Positions 18,045 through 27,821 of a stretch of 64,000 nucleotides of DNA are shown piece after piece; positions within the stretch are counted from its first letter, which is position 1; the number at the start of each line of letters is the position of its first letter. Source of the DNA: a virus (taxonomy: Duplodnaviria > Caudoviricetes). The notes beneath the pieces are model-generated. The model was not told where the DNA came from, did not search any database, and worked only from the letters and a program-made list of their open reading frames with translations. The position numbers and the translations under genes were made by a program. The stretch is from IMG/VR virus record IMGVR_UViG_3300010429_000979, positions 1 through 64,000 of that record; one strand, written 5' to 3'.

Positions 18045-19877
18045 ATGGCTAACACAGGTAACGTTAGTTTCTCTATAACTGATCAAACGAAAACCGTAAC
18101 CGCACCAGTAGGTGGGGTAGTTTTCGTTGAGGGGGAAACTTTAAGGGGCCCAGTAGGGGATCCTATTGATATCATCAGTTCATGGTCGAAGTTCAAATCG
18201 ATCTTTGGGGGATACAATCCAAATGACGATTTCCCGCTTCTTTGCGAAAGGATGCTTAATGCAGGGGCTTCTCTGAGGGTCAACCGTATCACTGATGGTA
18301 CTGAAACAGTGGCTGGTATGCCATCTTCGAGGTTCTTTACCTTCAACAAGGAATTCGCAGCTACTCATACTGCCAAGATTACAATCGATACAGTAGATTC
18401 AGCAACAGTTACATTCGGTGGCGATCTCAGTACCCACCCACTGTTTATGGCTGCTCTCGTTGCTGCTATCCGTGATCATGCAAAAGTTGGCTCATGTACC
18501 TATTATGATATGGGTGCCGGAGTGGATGACTATGTTCTGGTCGTTACTCCGAAAGCCGGTCAAACCTGGTCAGCTCCTCCAGCAATTACCACTGGTGGTA
18601 CTACACCACCAACAGCCACTGGAGCAGCTAAGGCTGAGGTAACCTCAAAAAATATCACCGGTACGATGTGGTTCAAATTCGTGGCCAGGAATGGTGGAGC
18701 AGAATACAACAAGGTATACATCGAAATCTCAGCTCCTTCAAACGGGGTTACAAATTACTTCGATGTAAACGTATACCACACTGAAGATGGTTTGCTGGAG
18801 ACTTACAAAAACCAGATCGCTACAGTTGCCGTAGGTGGAACACCAGCTTACCTCACTGACATCAAGAGTAAATCTAAAGTCATCGATGTTGAATACACTG
18901 ATCCCATCGCTACTGGTACCTACGTTCCGGTCTATGCCACTTACAGCCTTTCTGGTGGTACTGATGGAGGAACTCCGGACTTAGCTGATTACGTTGGTGA
19001 TTCCGCTTCAGGCTTAGGTTTCTATGCCTTTGATCCTTACGATGATGCTTATTCCATCGCAGTACCTTCAAAGAGTGATTCTGACCTGGCTGGTTTAGCA
19101 TCAGCAGGAGCTGCCTATTCAGCAGCAAGAGGGGATCTCAAATACGTCCATCACATCGACAACGATAATTCAACCTCTACAGATATCATGACCGAAAGGG
19201 ATGATACTGCAGTGGTTCACCATCTTACGATGTTCACTGCTGGTGGTCTGAAAATCATTGATCCGGTCCTGGGTAATACCAAGGAGATCTCTGAATTGGC
19301 TGACGTCATGGCATTGGAAGCTAAGGTATTGAAGAGCAGAACACCGTGGCTCTCATTTACTGGTATGACAAGAGGGGTTATCCTCAACTGTCTTGGGGTT
19401 GTTAACAACTTCGGAACCTCTGCCAAGTATGCAGAACTCAACTATCTGGCCAACGACCAAGTTAATATGGTTATTCTCAGGAACGGCCAGGTTATGCTTT
19501 GGGACGATTACACATCTCAGAAAGTTGATTCTCAGTTGATCTTCGCTTCAATCGTTAACCTTGACCTTTATATCAGGAAGGGATTAAAACCAACTCTGGA
19601 AACTTATCTTGGTGACCCTTGCGATCTGGAATTAGCAGATCAGGTATACCTTTCAGCAAAACCATTCCTTGACCAAATCAAGAACAATCGGGGATTCTTC
19701 GATTATGCTTGGCTTGGTGACCAGGACGCAGAATCACTGGAGTCAATGCAAATCAACACTCCTGAGGACATGGCACTGGGTAAGTACAAGGTCTTACTGA
19801 AAATCAAACCAATCGCTCCACTGAAGGAATTCACAGTAGAGATTTATCTCACACCAGCAGGAGTCCAGTTTTCATAA
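18045..19877 (+). CDS. contractile tail sheath protein
   Basis: ETLRGPVGDP...SWSKFKSIFG N-terminus, LSGGTDG, YLNANDQVN-like region, C-terminal IKPIAPLKEFTV. Confidence 0.92.
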   Translation: MANTGNVSFSITDQTKTVTAPVGGVVFVEGETLRGPVGDPIDIISSWSKFKSIFGGYNPNDDFPLLCERMLNAGASLRVNRITDGTETVAGMPSSRFFTFNKEFAATHTAKITIDTVDSATVTFGGDLSTHPLFMAALVAAIRDHAKVGSCTYYDMGAGVDDYVLVVTPKAGQTWSAPPAITTGGTTPPTATGAAKAEVTSKNITGTMWFKFVARNGGAEYNKVYIEISAPSNGVTNYFDVNVYHTEDGLLETYKNQIATVAVGGTPAYLTDIKSKSKVIDVEYTDPIATGTYVPVYATYSLSGGTDGGTPDLADYVGDSASGLGFYAFDPYDDAYSIAVPSKSDSDLAGLASAGAAYSAARGDLKYVHHIDNDNSTSTDIMTERDDTAVVHHLTMFTAGGLKIIDPVLGNTKEISELADVMALEAKVLKSRTPWLSFTGMTRGVILNCLGVVNNFGTSAKYAELNYLANDQVNMVILRNGQVMLWDDYTSQKVDSQLIFASIVNLDLYIRKGLKPTLETYLGDPCDLELADQVYLSAKPFLDQIKNNRGFFDYAWLGDQDAESLESMQINTPEDMALGKYKVLLKIKPIAPLKEFTVEIYLTPAGVQFS

Positions 19878-19896
19878 CCAGAAAATAACATAATCT

Positions 19897-20382
19897 ATGG
19901 CACAGATACAAAACCCACGTAAGCAATTTTGCTTCAGGGTAACAATGATCAATTACCCAATCGATTCGATGCTCTTCCAAGAGGTATCATTACCGGATGT
20001 CGAAATCGAACAGATTGAGCATGGTGATTTTAACTCGGATATCAAAACAGGTGGCCGAAAGAAATACGGGAATCTGAAGCTGAAAAAGCTTTTGACCACC
20101 GATCATGCAAGTTCACTTCACACCTACTTCTGGGACTGGATGAATGCGGTGCAGAATTCAACCCTCGGTGGTGGTTTGGTTCCCAACAGCCCCCTCTACA
20201 AAAGGACTCTGAAAATCGACGAACTCGATGAGGCCAATGGTAATCAAGGCTCAATCCTCAATACCTGGTATTGCTTTGGTTGCTGGCCCACAAAATTGGA
20301 TGGTCTGGAATTAGACCGTACTAAGGGTGACAACACAATCGAACAAATCGAAATCAGCATAGATGACCTCGTGAAGGGCTAG
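19897..20382 (+). CDS. tail tube protein (T4 gp19-like)
   Basis: Follows the sheath; KYGNLKLKK, WDWMN, GCWPTK motifs. Confidence 0.88.
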   Translation: MAQIQNPRKQFCFRVTMINYPIDSMLFQEVSLPDVEIEQIEHGDFNSDIKTGGRKKYGNLKLKKLLTTDHASSLHTYFWDWMNAVQNSTLGGGLVPNSPLYKRTLKIDELDEANGNQGSILNTWYCFGCWPTKLDGLELDRTKGDNTIEQIEISIDDLVKG

Positions 20383-20399
20383 AGGATGATCCAAAATAC

Positions 20400-20437
20400 T
20401 AGGAGGACTATATTAATTAAATAGTATAGTCCTCCTA
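20400..20437 (+). terminator. 13-bp inverted repeat after the tube gene (terminator-like)
   Basis: TAGGAGGACTATA / TATAGTCCTCCTA. Confidence 0.6.
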
Positions 20438-20461
20438 TTCGTTTAAATTAAATACACTGAA

Positions 20462-21253
20462 ATGGATCTCGATAAACTGATAAAAGCATACGGTAATGTA
20501 AAGTTAATCCTTACACCATCTGGATTTCACGTTGCAATCAGAGAACAAAATGGAGAAGATGATGATATCTTATCCAACGTTTCATTGATGGATGACGGTA
20601 CTGCTTATAATGCTTTTATAGCCGCTATCATTGTTGGCTGCTCAGAAATCCCAACTCTCCAAGGTAATCTTTCAGAAGTCTTAAAGCTCAGGCCAAGGGA
20701 TAAATATTTTATCCTAGTATCATCAAGGATATTCTCACTCGATAACCTTGTCACCTTCCATTACGATTGGTCAGATAAAGTCAGAGTTACCTATACTGAG
20801 GACCTAACTAATTATATCTGGGATTACACCAAAGACTTTCCATACGATTCAAGCGATCCTAATTATTTCAAGTATCGGATTAAACCATACGAAGTTGGTG
20901 GCTTAGAAGGTATGGAACCACAGACTTTCGCATTATCAACTGGGAAGGTTATCTCTTACACTCCTCTCAACGGTGAAGCCGAGAAATACTTCATCAAACT
21001 TCCCAACTCTCAACTCTCCATCAATGCAGAGTTAAAGGCAAGGAAGTTATCCCTTAGAACTGGAAATGAAGTATCAGTAATTGAGAACTTCAGGGGATTC
21101 ACTGCCACAGAGATGAGGGAGATAAGAACTAACATTGATAGGGTTGATCCACGTTATGATCTCTTAACGGATATTGAGAATCCAGAAACTAAAGAAGTTG
21201 TACCAATGTCACTGGTGGGGCTTCCCGATTTTTTTTATCCTCGGCTGATTTAG
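20462..21253 (+). CDS. tail assembly chaperone (G-like)
   Basis: Between tube and tape measure; ends in a slippery GAT TTT TTT TAT. Confidence 0.75.
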   Translation: MDLDKLIKAYGNVKLILTPSGFHVAIREQNGEDDDILSNVSLMDDGTAYNAFIAAIIVGCSEIPTLQGNLSEVLKLRPRDKYFILVSSRIFSLDNLVTFHYDWSDKVRVTYTEDLTNYIWDYTKDFPYDSSDPNYFKYRIKPYEVGGLEGMEPQTFALSTGKVISYTPLNGEAEKYFIKLPNSQLSINAELKARKLSLRTGNEVSVIENFRGFTATEMREIRTNIDRVDPRYDLLTDIENPETKEVVPMSLVGLPDFFYPRLI

Positions 21254-21387
21254 CAGCCGAATACTTTTTCCTTTCTAACTTAAAAGTTCGGATGTCTTGG
21301 GTAGAGTTTAAACGATTACCTCACCCAACAAAGCATAGGCTACTTGAATTGGCCGTTGCGGAAAACGAACGAAATAAACCAAAGTAA
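21229..21387 (+). other. programmed -1 ribosomal frameshift site and GT-like extension of the chaperone
   Basis: T8 run 21229-21236; 7-bp hairpin TCGGCTG/CAGCCGA at 21241-21260; -1 frame open for 50 codons to TAA at 21385-21387, overlapping the tape-measure ATG. Confidence 0.8.
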
Positions 21388-23387
21388 TGGCAGTAGCAAC
21401 ATCTGGATCCGTAATTGGTGTAGGAGTAAGGGTATATCTAAAGGATGACTTTTCTAAGGGTTCAGCCAGAATCCGCCGTACAATAAGCGGGTTACGGCAA
21501 GAGATGAATGCTTGGAGAGATAATCTCCAGAACTCAACTCGGTCAGCAGGAGTCACAGCTCTTGCTGGCGGAATGATGTTAAGGACAATCTCTGGCTGGG
21601 TACAAGAAGGTGCTAAGTTCGATTATATCATGCGAGGGGTTGGTGCATCAACTGGAGCTTCAGCAGATCAGATGAGAAACCTCAGCGATCAGGCTTTAGC
21701 TGTTGGTCGTTCCACAGCCTTCAGCCCAATGGAAACCGCAGAAGGTATGAGGCAGTTAGCTCTTGCTGGACAGGAAGTAGCAGACATTTATAAGACGATC
21801 GGACCTGCTGCATCTATGGCAAGAGCTTCAATGGTAGCCCTTACTGGTGAAGGTGGAGGTGCTGAGATCTTGGTTAATATCATGCGTCACTTTGATATAC
21901 CATTTGACAAGGCTGCACAGACTGCCGATAAGCTAACCATTGCCGGTATCAAATCATCATTGAGTTTATCCGAGTTAGCCGAGTCACTTAAATACTCTGC
22001 TTCCACAGCAATGGACTTGGGAGTTGGCCTTGATCAAACAACAGCTGTCATGATGACAGTTGCTAATGCCGGTATCAAAGGTTCTATGGCCGGTGTTGGA
22101 TTTGAGAACATGTTAAGATATCTTGCTAGGGCCTTAGGTGAATACGATCCTAAGAAAAAGGCAGGTAAAGCCATGTCAGCTATTGGGCTAATGCCAAAGG
22201 ATATGGTAGATGCTGCAGGAAACCTTAGGCCAGTCGGGGATATGATTGGAGTACTCGCTGAGAAGCTTGAGGGTATGGGAGATATCCAGAAACAGAATAT
22301 CCTTTATGATATCTTCCAAGTCCGCGGTAAAAGGCAAGCATCACTGCTACTCAGGAACCTGGCAGAGTACAAGAAGAATTTAGTCACAGTCCAACATGCT
22401 CAGGGTAAAGCTGGAGACATCTCTGATAAGATGTTAGGTGGATTAGAGGGCTCTATTATGAGGCTGAAGAATATGTGGATCGAATTCAAAGCCACATTCG
22501 CAGAAGCCTTAGCCCCAATCTTAGTTCCGGTATTGAATGTCTTAAAAGGAGTACTGAAGGTCATCAACTGGATCATGGGCTCCTCACTTGGCAAATGGAT
22601 AGTTGGTTTAACAGTCCTAGTCCTAGCTTGGGGAACTGCAATGCAAGGTATTCGTTGGGTAGTTGGATCTCTTTACTTAGCACATCACACATTAGCGATG
22701 GGTGCATCATCTGCCCTGACATCAATGAAGTCGATGTGGAATAATCTGACAGCCTCAGCTATTAAGTATATGGCTGTAGTAAATATGGCAAACGGGGGGA
22801 CAAAGATAGCTGCCAATGGTAGGATGTATACCACAGCAACGGCAACTGGTGCAGCTAGGTTTCTAACTAAAGCCCAGATAGCTGGTAGTATGGGCGCTGG
22901 AGCTGGTTTAATGGCTCTAGGATCTGGGGGTGGGGCAATAGCTAAAGGGCTTGGAGCTAGGGCTTTAGGTTTTCTTGGTGGACCAGTGGGAACTGCTCTG
23001 ATGATCATTGGAACATTCCTACCAGTACTAATCAGTGCTTTCTCAGGAAATTCTTCGGCAACAGAAAAGAACACCGATGCCATAAAGGGATCAGAAGAGG
23101 AACAAAAAGCAAGGGCTGAAGTCGATAGGATGTTCATGGCCAAAGTTTTAAACTCTCCAGGTAGCCAAGATAACTTCAGAAAACTTTATTCTCATTCGGG
23201 AAATAATGATTCCTCATTGGAAAGGGCATTCAGGCTTTATATGTCTAACCCGAACTGGAGAGGTAACAATACACCATTCTTTGACTTCCGTAAGAAAGGC
23301 GAAATGGCAGTGTATATCAATGGGGTATTCAATACCAAGGCCGAGATCAATCATGAAAGGGAAAAGAAATATAAATTATTATACTAA
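21387..23387 (+). CDS. tape measure protein
   Basis: TP901-like core (FDYIMRGV, STAFSPMETAEG, GIKGSMAG), A/G-rich helical, hydrophobic C-terminal part. Confidence 0.9.
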   Translation: MAVATSGSVIGVGVRVYLKDDFSKGSARIRRTISGLRQEMNAWRDNLQNSTRSAGVTALAGGMMLRTISGWVQEGAKFDYIMRGVGASTGASADQMRNLSDQALAVGRSTAFSPMETAEGMRQLALAGQEVADIYKTIGPAASMARASMVALTGEGGGAEILVNIMRHFDIPFDKAAQTADKLTIAGIKSSLSLSELAESLKYSASTAMDLGVGLDQTTAVMMTVANAGIKGSMAGVGFENMLRYLARALGEYDPKKKAGKAMSAIGLMPKDMVDAAGNLRPVGDMIGVLAEKLEGMGDIQKQNILYDIFQVRGKRQASLLLRNLAEYKKNLVTVQHAQGKAGDISDKMLGGLEGSIMRLKNMWIEFKATFAEALAPILVPVLNVLKGVLKVINWIMGSSLGKWIVGLTVLVLAWGTAMQGIRWVVGSLYLAHHTLAMGASSALTSMKSMWNNLTASAIKYMAVVNMANGGTKIAANGRMYTTATATGAARFLTKAQIAGSMGAGAGLMALGSGGGAIAKGLGARALGFLGGPVGTALMIIGTFLPVLISAFSGNSSATEKNTDAIKGSEEEQKARAEVDRMFMAKVLNSPGSQDNFRKLYSHSGNNDSSLERAFRLYMSNPNWRGNNTPFFDFRKKGEMAVYINGVFNTKAEINHEREKKYKLLY

Positions 23388-24217
23388 TGGCAAGGATAGT
23401 TGATGGGGCATTTTTGGATTTACGTGCAGCGGGGATAAGCGTACATGATGTTGGTGCTGTCCACATGGGTATTGAGGAGTTGGCGGTTTACCTTAAAACA
23501 AGGAATCGACCAAAACCACAAGCACCAGTTGAGAATCTGAGACAGCAAATCGAGGATGAGCTACTGGAGGCTCAAAGCAGACATGGACATCCACGCCGTC
23601 ACTTAGAGACTACAAAGCAGAAGATTATCATCGTAGACATCGATTATGATTTTGATACCAAGAAAGAGAAGATCACTAAAGAAATGTCCAATGGTTTAAT
23701 GGAACTGGATTATGATGTCAATTCAAGTGGAGGCCAAAAATCTTTAGTAATTCAAACCATACCAAGTAAATTGGAATATGAGGTAAACTCAAACTTCGCA
23801 ACCATTGCCTCAATCGCACGTAATAACCCATTCTACCATTATACTGGCTCGGAAGATGTTATCACATTCGATATTGATTGGTTTGCTGAGCAAGAAGATC
23901 TTACCGATGTCCTAAGTAATTGCCGTTGGTTAGAATCACTGACTAAGGCCAATGGCTATGATTTCCAACCACACAGAGTTTCACTTTCCTGGGGTGACAT
24001 CTTTAGGCCTGAAGATATCTGGCTAATCACTAAAGCCTCATACATTATGGGTGGCTTTGATAATACTCAATCATTACTTCCTCATATCGCAAAACAGCAA
24101 GTTGAGATGAAGAGGATTACAAAAACAAATCTAACCTACATCGATATCAGAAGTACAACGAGGAATTCTGATTACAGAAAGGGAGTTGACCTATTAAAAC
24201 GTGCAGCTAATGGATAA
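23387..24217 (+). CDS. baseplate / tube initiator-like protein
   Basis: Position after the TMP; PFYHYTGSED...W pattern. Confidence 0.55.
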   Translation: MARIVDGAFLDLRAAGISVHDVGAVHMGIEELAVYLKTRNRPKPQAPVENLRQQIEDELLEAQSRHGHPRRHLETTKQKIIIVDIDYDFDTKKEKITKEMSNGLMELDYDVNSSGGQKSLVIQTIPSKLEYEVNSNFATIASIARNNPFYHYTGSEDVITFDIDWFAEQEDLTDVLSNCRWLESLTKANGYDFQPHRVSLSWGDIFRPEDIWLITKASYIMGGFDNTQSLLPHIAKQQVEMKRITKTNLTYIDIRSTTRNSDYRKGVDLLKRAANG

Positions 24218-24470
24218 CCTATATTCAGATGCTTACCTGATATCATACAGAGAAGGTGATTTCTCATTAGAGAGAACGCCTAAGACAATCATCTATAATA
24301 CAGAACCTAAGCTCTACACGGTAAGTGAAGGAGAACTACTTACTGATATCGCTTTTAGGGAATTGAGAGATGTTGGAAAGTGGTATCTCATTGCATTATT
24401 TAATGGTATCATCGATCCTTTCATAGAAGCCGGTACCACTATCCTTATACCTCCAGTATATGGCCAATAG
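24201..24470 (+). CDS. LysM-like baseplate wedge protein (likely ATG at 24210)
   Basis: YTVSEGELLTDIA...W..IA.FN.I.DP...GTTILIP LysM pattern. Confidence 0.75.
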   Translation: MQLMDNLYSDAYLISYREGDFSLERTPKTIIYNTEPKLYTVSEGELLTDIAFRELRDVGKWYLIALFNGIIDPFIEAGTTILIPPVYGQ

Positions 24471-26730
24471 AAAATACAAACAAAACGAGTTAGATTACAC
24501 TCAATATCATCTGCCAGTAGTTCGATTATATACTGCTGGCGGATCCCTGTTATTCGATAGCACTACACTTAATGACCAACCCATTTCAGTTGGTACTGAC
24601 CTAACCGAGTTCTCATATAAATTCACTGACGAGCTAGAGAAAGACGATGAATGCAGGATAACATTCGAAACCAATAACATACCATTCCTTAATCATCCAC
24701 TGTTTCAGCTGGAACAGAGTTTCTGCGTATCATGGGGTTGGATAACTCCAGAGGCTGTAGTAATGAGGGATATGCTAAGGCTTATGATCCGGGACATAGA
24801 CCGCGATTACAGCTCTCGGGGAATTAAGATGACCCTTACCTGTACGGATAACTTTGCGGCCTTAAAGAAAGAACAAAGCCCCGAATTGATGAGAGCAGGG
24901 GAAATTGTAACCAACTTCTCAAAGACCCTTAAGAGTACGGCTATAACAGAAGGTTACAACTACACAATCACATATCATGATAAAGATAAGACCATTCATT
25001 ATGATGGCCTTAAGAATAGCATCATGACTCAGGTAGAAGGCCGGACAGTAAACAATGCTGAAGAAGAATTTCTGCTTGCTCCATTTCCACCACGAAATTC
25101 TCCAAGGCTCCCAGACACAGTATACAAGGAAACAATGGCATTGGGTTATCTTGGTGAGAACATGATCTACCTGCATTACACCACATTCCCAGGTTCTTCA
25201 GTGATCAAAGGATTCTCTGTTTCATCTGAAAATCCTCGCACACAATCAGCAGCTATCTCATCAGAAGTCGAGCATAAGATTATCTTTCCAGAATACCCAA
25301 CTAACTTTGATCCATCAGATATCAATAATGGGATTAATGCAGAAGCTATCATCACGCTTTGGAGACTCACTCCGAATGAGGAAAAGGCTGCATTATTAAA
25401 AAATATAAATGCCCTGAGTGATCCGCAGGGTGGTTCTTCTCAAACTGTGGTTGCGGGATTAGGTCCAGGCGGTTTTGATAATGGCATTAAGCCTACACCA
25501 AGCGATGATGAAAATAACCCAGAAAATATTGCGGCATTGGAGGAAGAATATTCCAAGTTCGGATTCGGCTTTGGCAAAACTTTTGAAGAGACGCTGATCA
25601 ATTACTTCAAGGCAAAGGTTAATTTCCTAAAAGCAAACCCCTCACTTGGTATGTCATCAAGGAATCAGAACGTTGCTATCCTTTCTAAGAACTATAGCCA
25701 GAAACCATACAAATCCTACACATTAGCTTCGGGCAATGGTGAATTATTATCATTTCACTACAATTCTCATGAGGAGGATTCAAGTGATGACATGACTCAG
25801 AGGTTTGGTATTGACCCAGACACTGGGGCTTTAGTTTCTAAGGATTATATCTCAGATAAGAAATTGGAAGACCCCGAGCATATCTTTACTAGCCCAGAAC
25901 AGCAAATTGATCATGACTTAGAGCAACGCCTATTCCAATCGCTTTTACAGAAAGCGATGAATGGGGAACCTATTAATGAGGAAGAAACTAAATTGGAGAC
26001 AGTAGGTTATAGCTATCCAACCCAATATGTCTGGCCAACCGGAGTAAGTAAAGAAAACAAGAGTACAGGTCCAGTTAATGATACCACAAAGCTCACACCA
26101 ATGCCTCAAGTAATTACCGCTGCTGACTTCACATCTATAGTTAGGAAGCGGGTAGTTGCTGCACCCATTAGTAGGTTAATGGGGTTGGAGGAAGCTGCTA
26201 AATCCCTTTATGATCAATTGAGAAGGGAAGAAGAAACTGCAAGATTTAAAGTGGAAGCTACCATAGTTGGTGACCCCTTTATTATGTCAAGCTATACAGT
26301 AAAAATCTCGGGCCTTTCAGAATATGATAACGGTACATACTTTATTGAATCCTGTACCCATAAGATTGGTCCCAATGGTTATACTGTAGACCTTGAAATG
26401 GTTGGTATCCGTCACGTGAGTTTAGGATATAGTGCATTTGAACATAAAATCGATAACTCCGAGATTAAGAAAACCCTTGAACAGAAACTTAACATCAAAG
26501 GGATTAAGGGTAAAAAGGTCTATATCAAATACTACGATTACGATAAGAAGAAAAATGTAGAGATCGAAGCTATCAGCGATGTAGATAACTTTGCCGATTT
26601 CCTGAAGAAGTATACGAAATTACAGGAACCCAATAAATCCTATAAACTGGATAAGATGAATCAGGATGGCAACAAGGTAATCAAGAACGTTGTCATTAGC
26701 GATAGCGATAAACCTTTCAGAAGATGGTAA
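24460..26730 (+). CDS. baseplate hub protein (T4 gp27 / Mu gp44-like) with a large central insertion
   Basis: Hub-type N- and C-terminal motifs (SWGW; VGDPF...GTYFIESCTHKIGPNGYTVDLE). Confidence 0.7.
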   Translation: MANRKYKQNELDYTQYHLPVVRLYTAGGSLLFDSTTLNDQPISVGTDLTEFSYKFTDELEKDDECRITFETNNIPFLNHPLFQLEQSFCVSWGWITPEAVVMRDMLRLMIRDIDRDYSSRGIKMTLTCTDNFAALKKEQSPELMRAGEIVTNFSKTLKSTAITEGYNYTITYHDKDKTIHYDGLKNSIMTQVEGRTVNNAEEEFLLAPFPPRNSPRLPDTVYKETMALGYLGENMIYLHYTTFPGSSVIKGFSVSSENPRTQSAAISSEVEHKIIFPEYPTNFDPSDINNGINAEAIITLWRLTPNEEKAALLKNINALSDPQGGSSQTVVAGLGPGGFDNGIKPTPSDDENNPENIAALEEEYSKFGFGFGKTFEETLINYFKAKVNFLKANPSLGMSSRNQNVAILSKNYSQKPYKSYTLASGNGELLSFHYNSHEEDSSDDMTQRFGIDPDTGALVSKDYISDKKLEDPEHIFTSPEQQIDHDLEQRLFQSLLQKAMNGEPINEEETKLETVGYSYPTQYVWPTGVSKENKSTGPVNDTTKLTPMPQVITAADFTSIVRKRVVAAPISRLMGLEEAAKSLYDQLRREEETARFKVEATIVGDPFIMSSYTVKISGLSEYDNGTYFIESCTHKIGPNGYTVDLEMVGIRHVSLGYSAFEHKIDNSEIKKTLEQKLNIKGIKGKKVYIKYYDYDKKKNVEIEAISDVDNFADFLKKYTKLQEPNKSYKLDKMNQDGNKVIKNVVISDSDKPFRRW

Positions 26731-27437
26731 CGATACAACAACTCATTAATCAAATAAAACTCTTTGGTTTAGAGATCCTCGGTAGGTATTACTCAGTCTA
26801 TCGTGGCTTTGTTGTAAGTAACGAAGACTCATTAAACATGGGTAGGATATTGGTTATTGCTCCTTCAATCTTTGGCAAGAGATCCAATCCTCTTTGGGCA
26901 TACCCAAAAAACGTTCCCAGCGGAAGCAATTATGGTATTCAGTGGCTACCTAAGAATGGTGAAATGGTATTCCTTGAGTTTGAATTTGGTGATCCAAAAT
27001 TCCCAATCTGGTCTCATGGCTATCACCTCAAGGATGAACTTCCTATAGAATTCACAGATAAGAATGACATCCTTCTTAAAACACCATCCGGACATCTCAT
27101 TCATATTAAGGAAGTCCCAACAGATAAGAATGGTGAAGAGAACCCAGATTATGGTTTCCTCATCAAACATAAAGATGGGATGACCCTCGAGATCAAAAAA
27201 GATGGTATATATCTTAATGGTAGCGAAAACAAGGGATTGGTAAAGATCACAGAACTCGTTGATAAGTTTAATCTCATCGAAGAGTGGATCCAACAATTTG
27301 CCATAGATTATAATGCACATACCCACCCAGTACCATCATTAGGGACTTCAAGTCCTATCCTTCCAATTAACCAAATCACAGATACTCCAGTAAAGACTGA
27401 GATTGAAGATTTGGAAAATTCCAATATCAAACACTAA
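26724..27437 (+). CDS. baseplate spike (gp5/gpV OB-fold)
   Basis: YRGFVVSNED...GRI, LPKNGEMVFLEFEFGDP..PIW, distal HTH (His-Thr-His) metal motif. Confidence 0.85.
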   Translation: MVTIQQLINQIKLFGLEILGRYYSVYRGFVVSNEDSLNMGRILVIAPSIFGKRSNPLWAYPKNVPSGSNYGIQWLPKNGEMVFLEFEFGDPKFPIWSHGYHLKDELPIEFTDKNDILLKTPSGHLIHIKEVPTDKNGEENPDYGFLIKHKDGMTLEIKKDGIYLNGSENKGLVKITELVDKFNLIEEWIQQFAIDYNAHTHPVPSLGTSSPILPINQITDTPVKTEIEDLENSNIKH

Positions 27438-27820
27438 TGGAGAACTCAGGATTAATATTAGGAGAAGGCATCACTTTCCCATTCAACTTAATTAATGGTA
27501 AGGTGGCTGTTGATAGTTCAAATGTTTGTATTGCTTCCTCGATCGTTAATATCTTGGGTTGGCCTACTGGAGATCGGTTATTCCAAAACCATTTCGGATC
27601 TAAATTATTCCATCTCCTGAGTGAACCAAACGATGAAATTACAGCCACTCTAGCAAAGCACTTTATTATTGACGCATTAGAATTACATGAAAAGCGTATT
27701 CGTCTACTAGACGTGAAATTTAGCATCGAAAAAGCACATGAATTAACAATAGTTTTAATATACGAACTTTTATCAACTGGTAAAGTTATGACCTTACCGT
27801 TAACTATAACAAACCTATAA
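27437..27820 (+). CDS. baseplate wedge protein gp25/W-like
   Basis: TGDRLFQNHFGS and HEKRI motifs. Confidence 0.85.
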   Translation: MENSGLILGEGITFPFNLINGKVAVDSSNVCIASSIVNILGWPTGDRLFQNHFGSKLFHLLSEPNDEITATLAKHFIIDALELHEKRIRLLDVKFSIEKAHELTIVLIYELLSTGKVMTLPLTITNL

Positions 27821-27821
27821 C

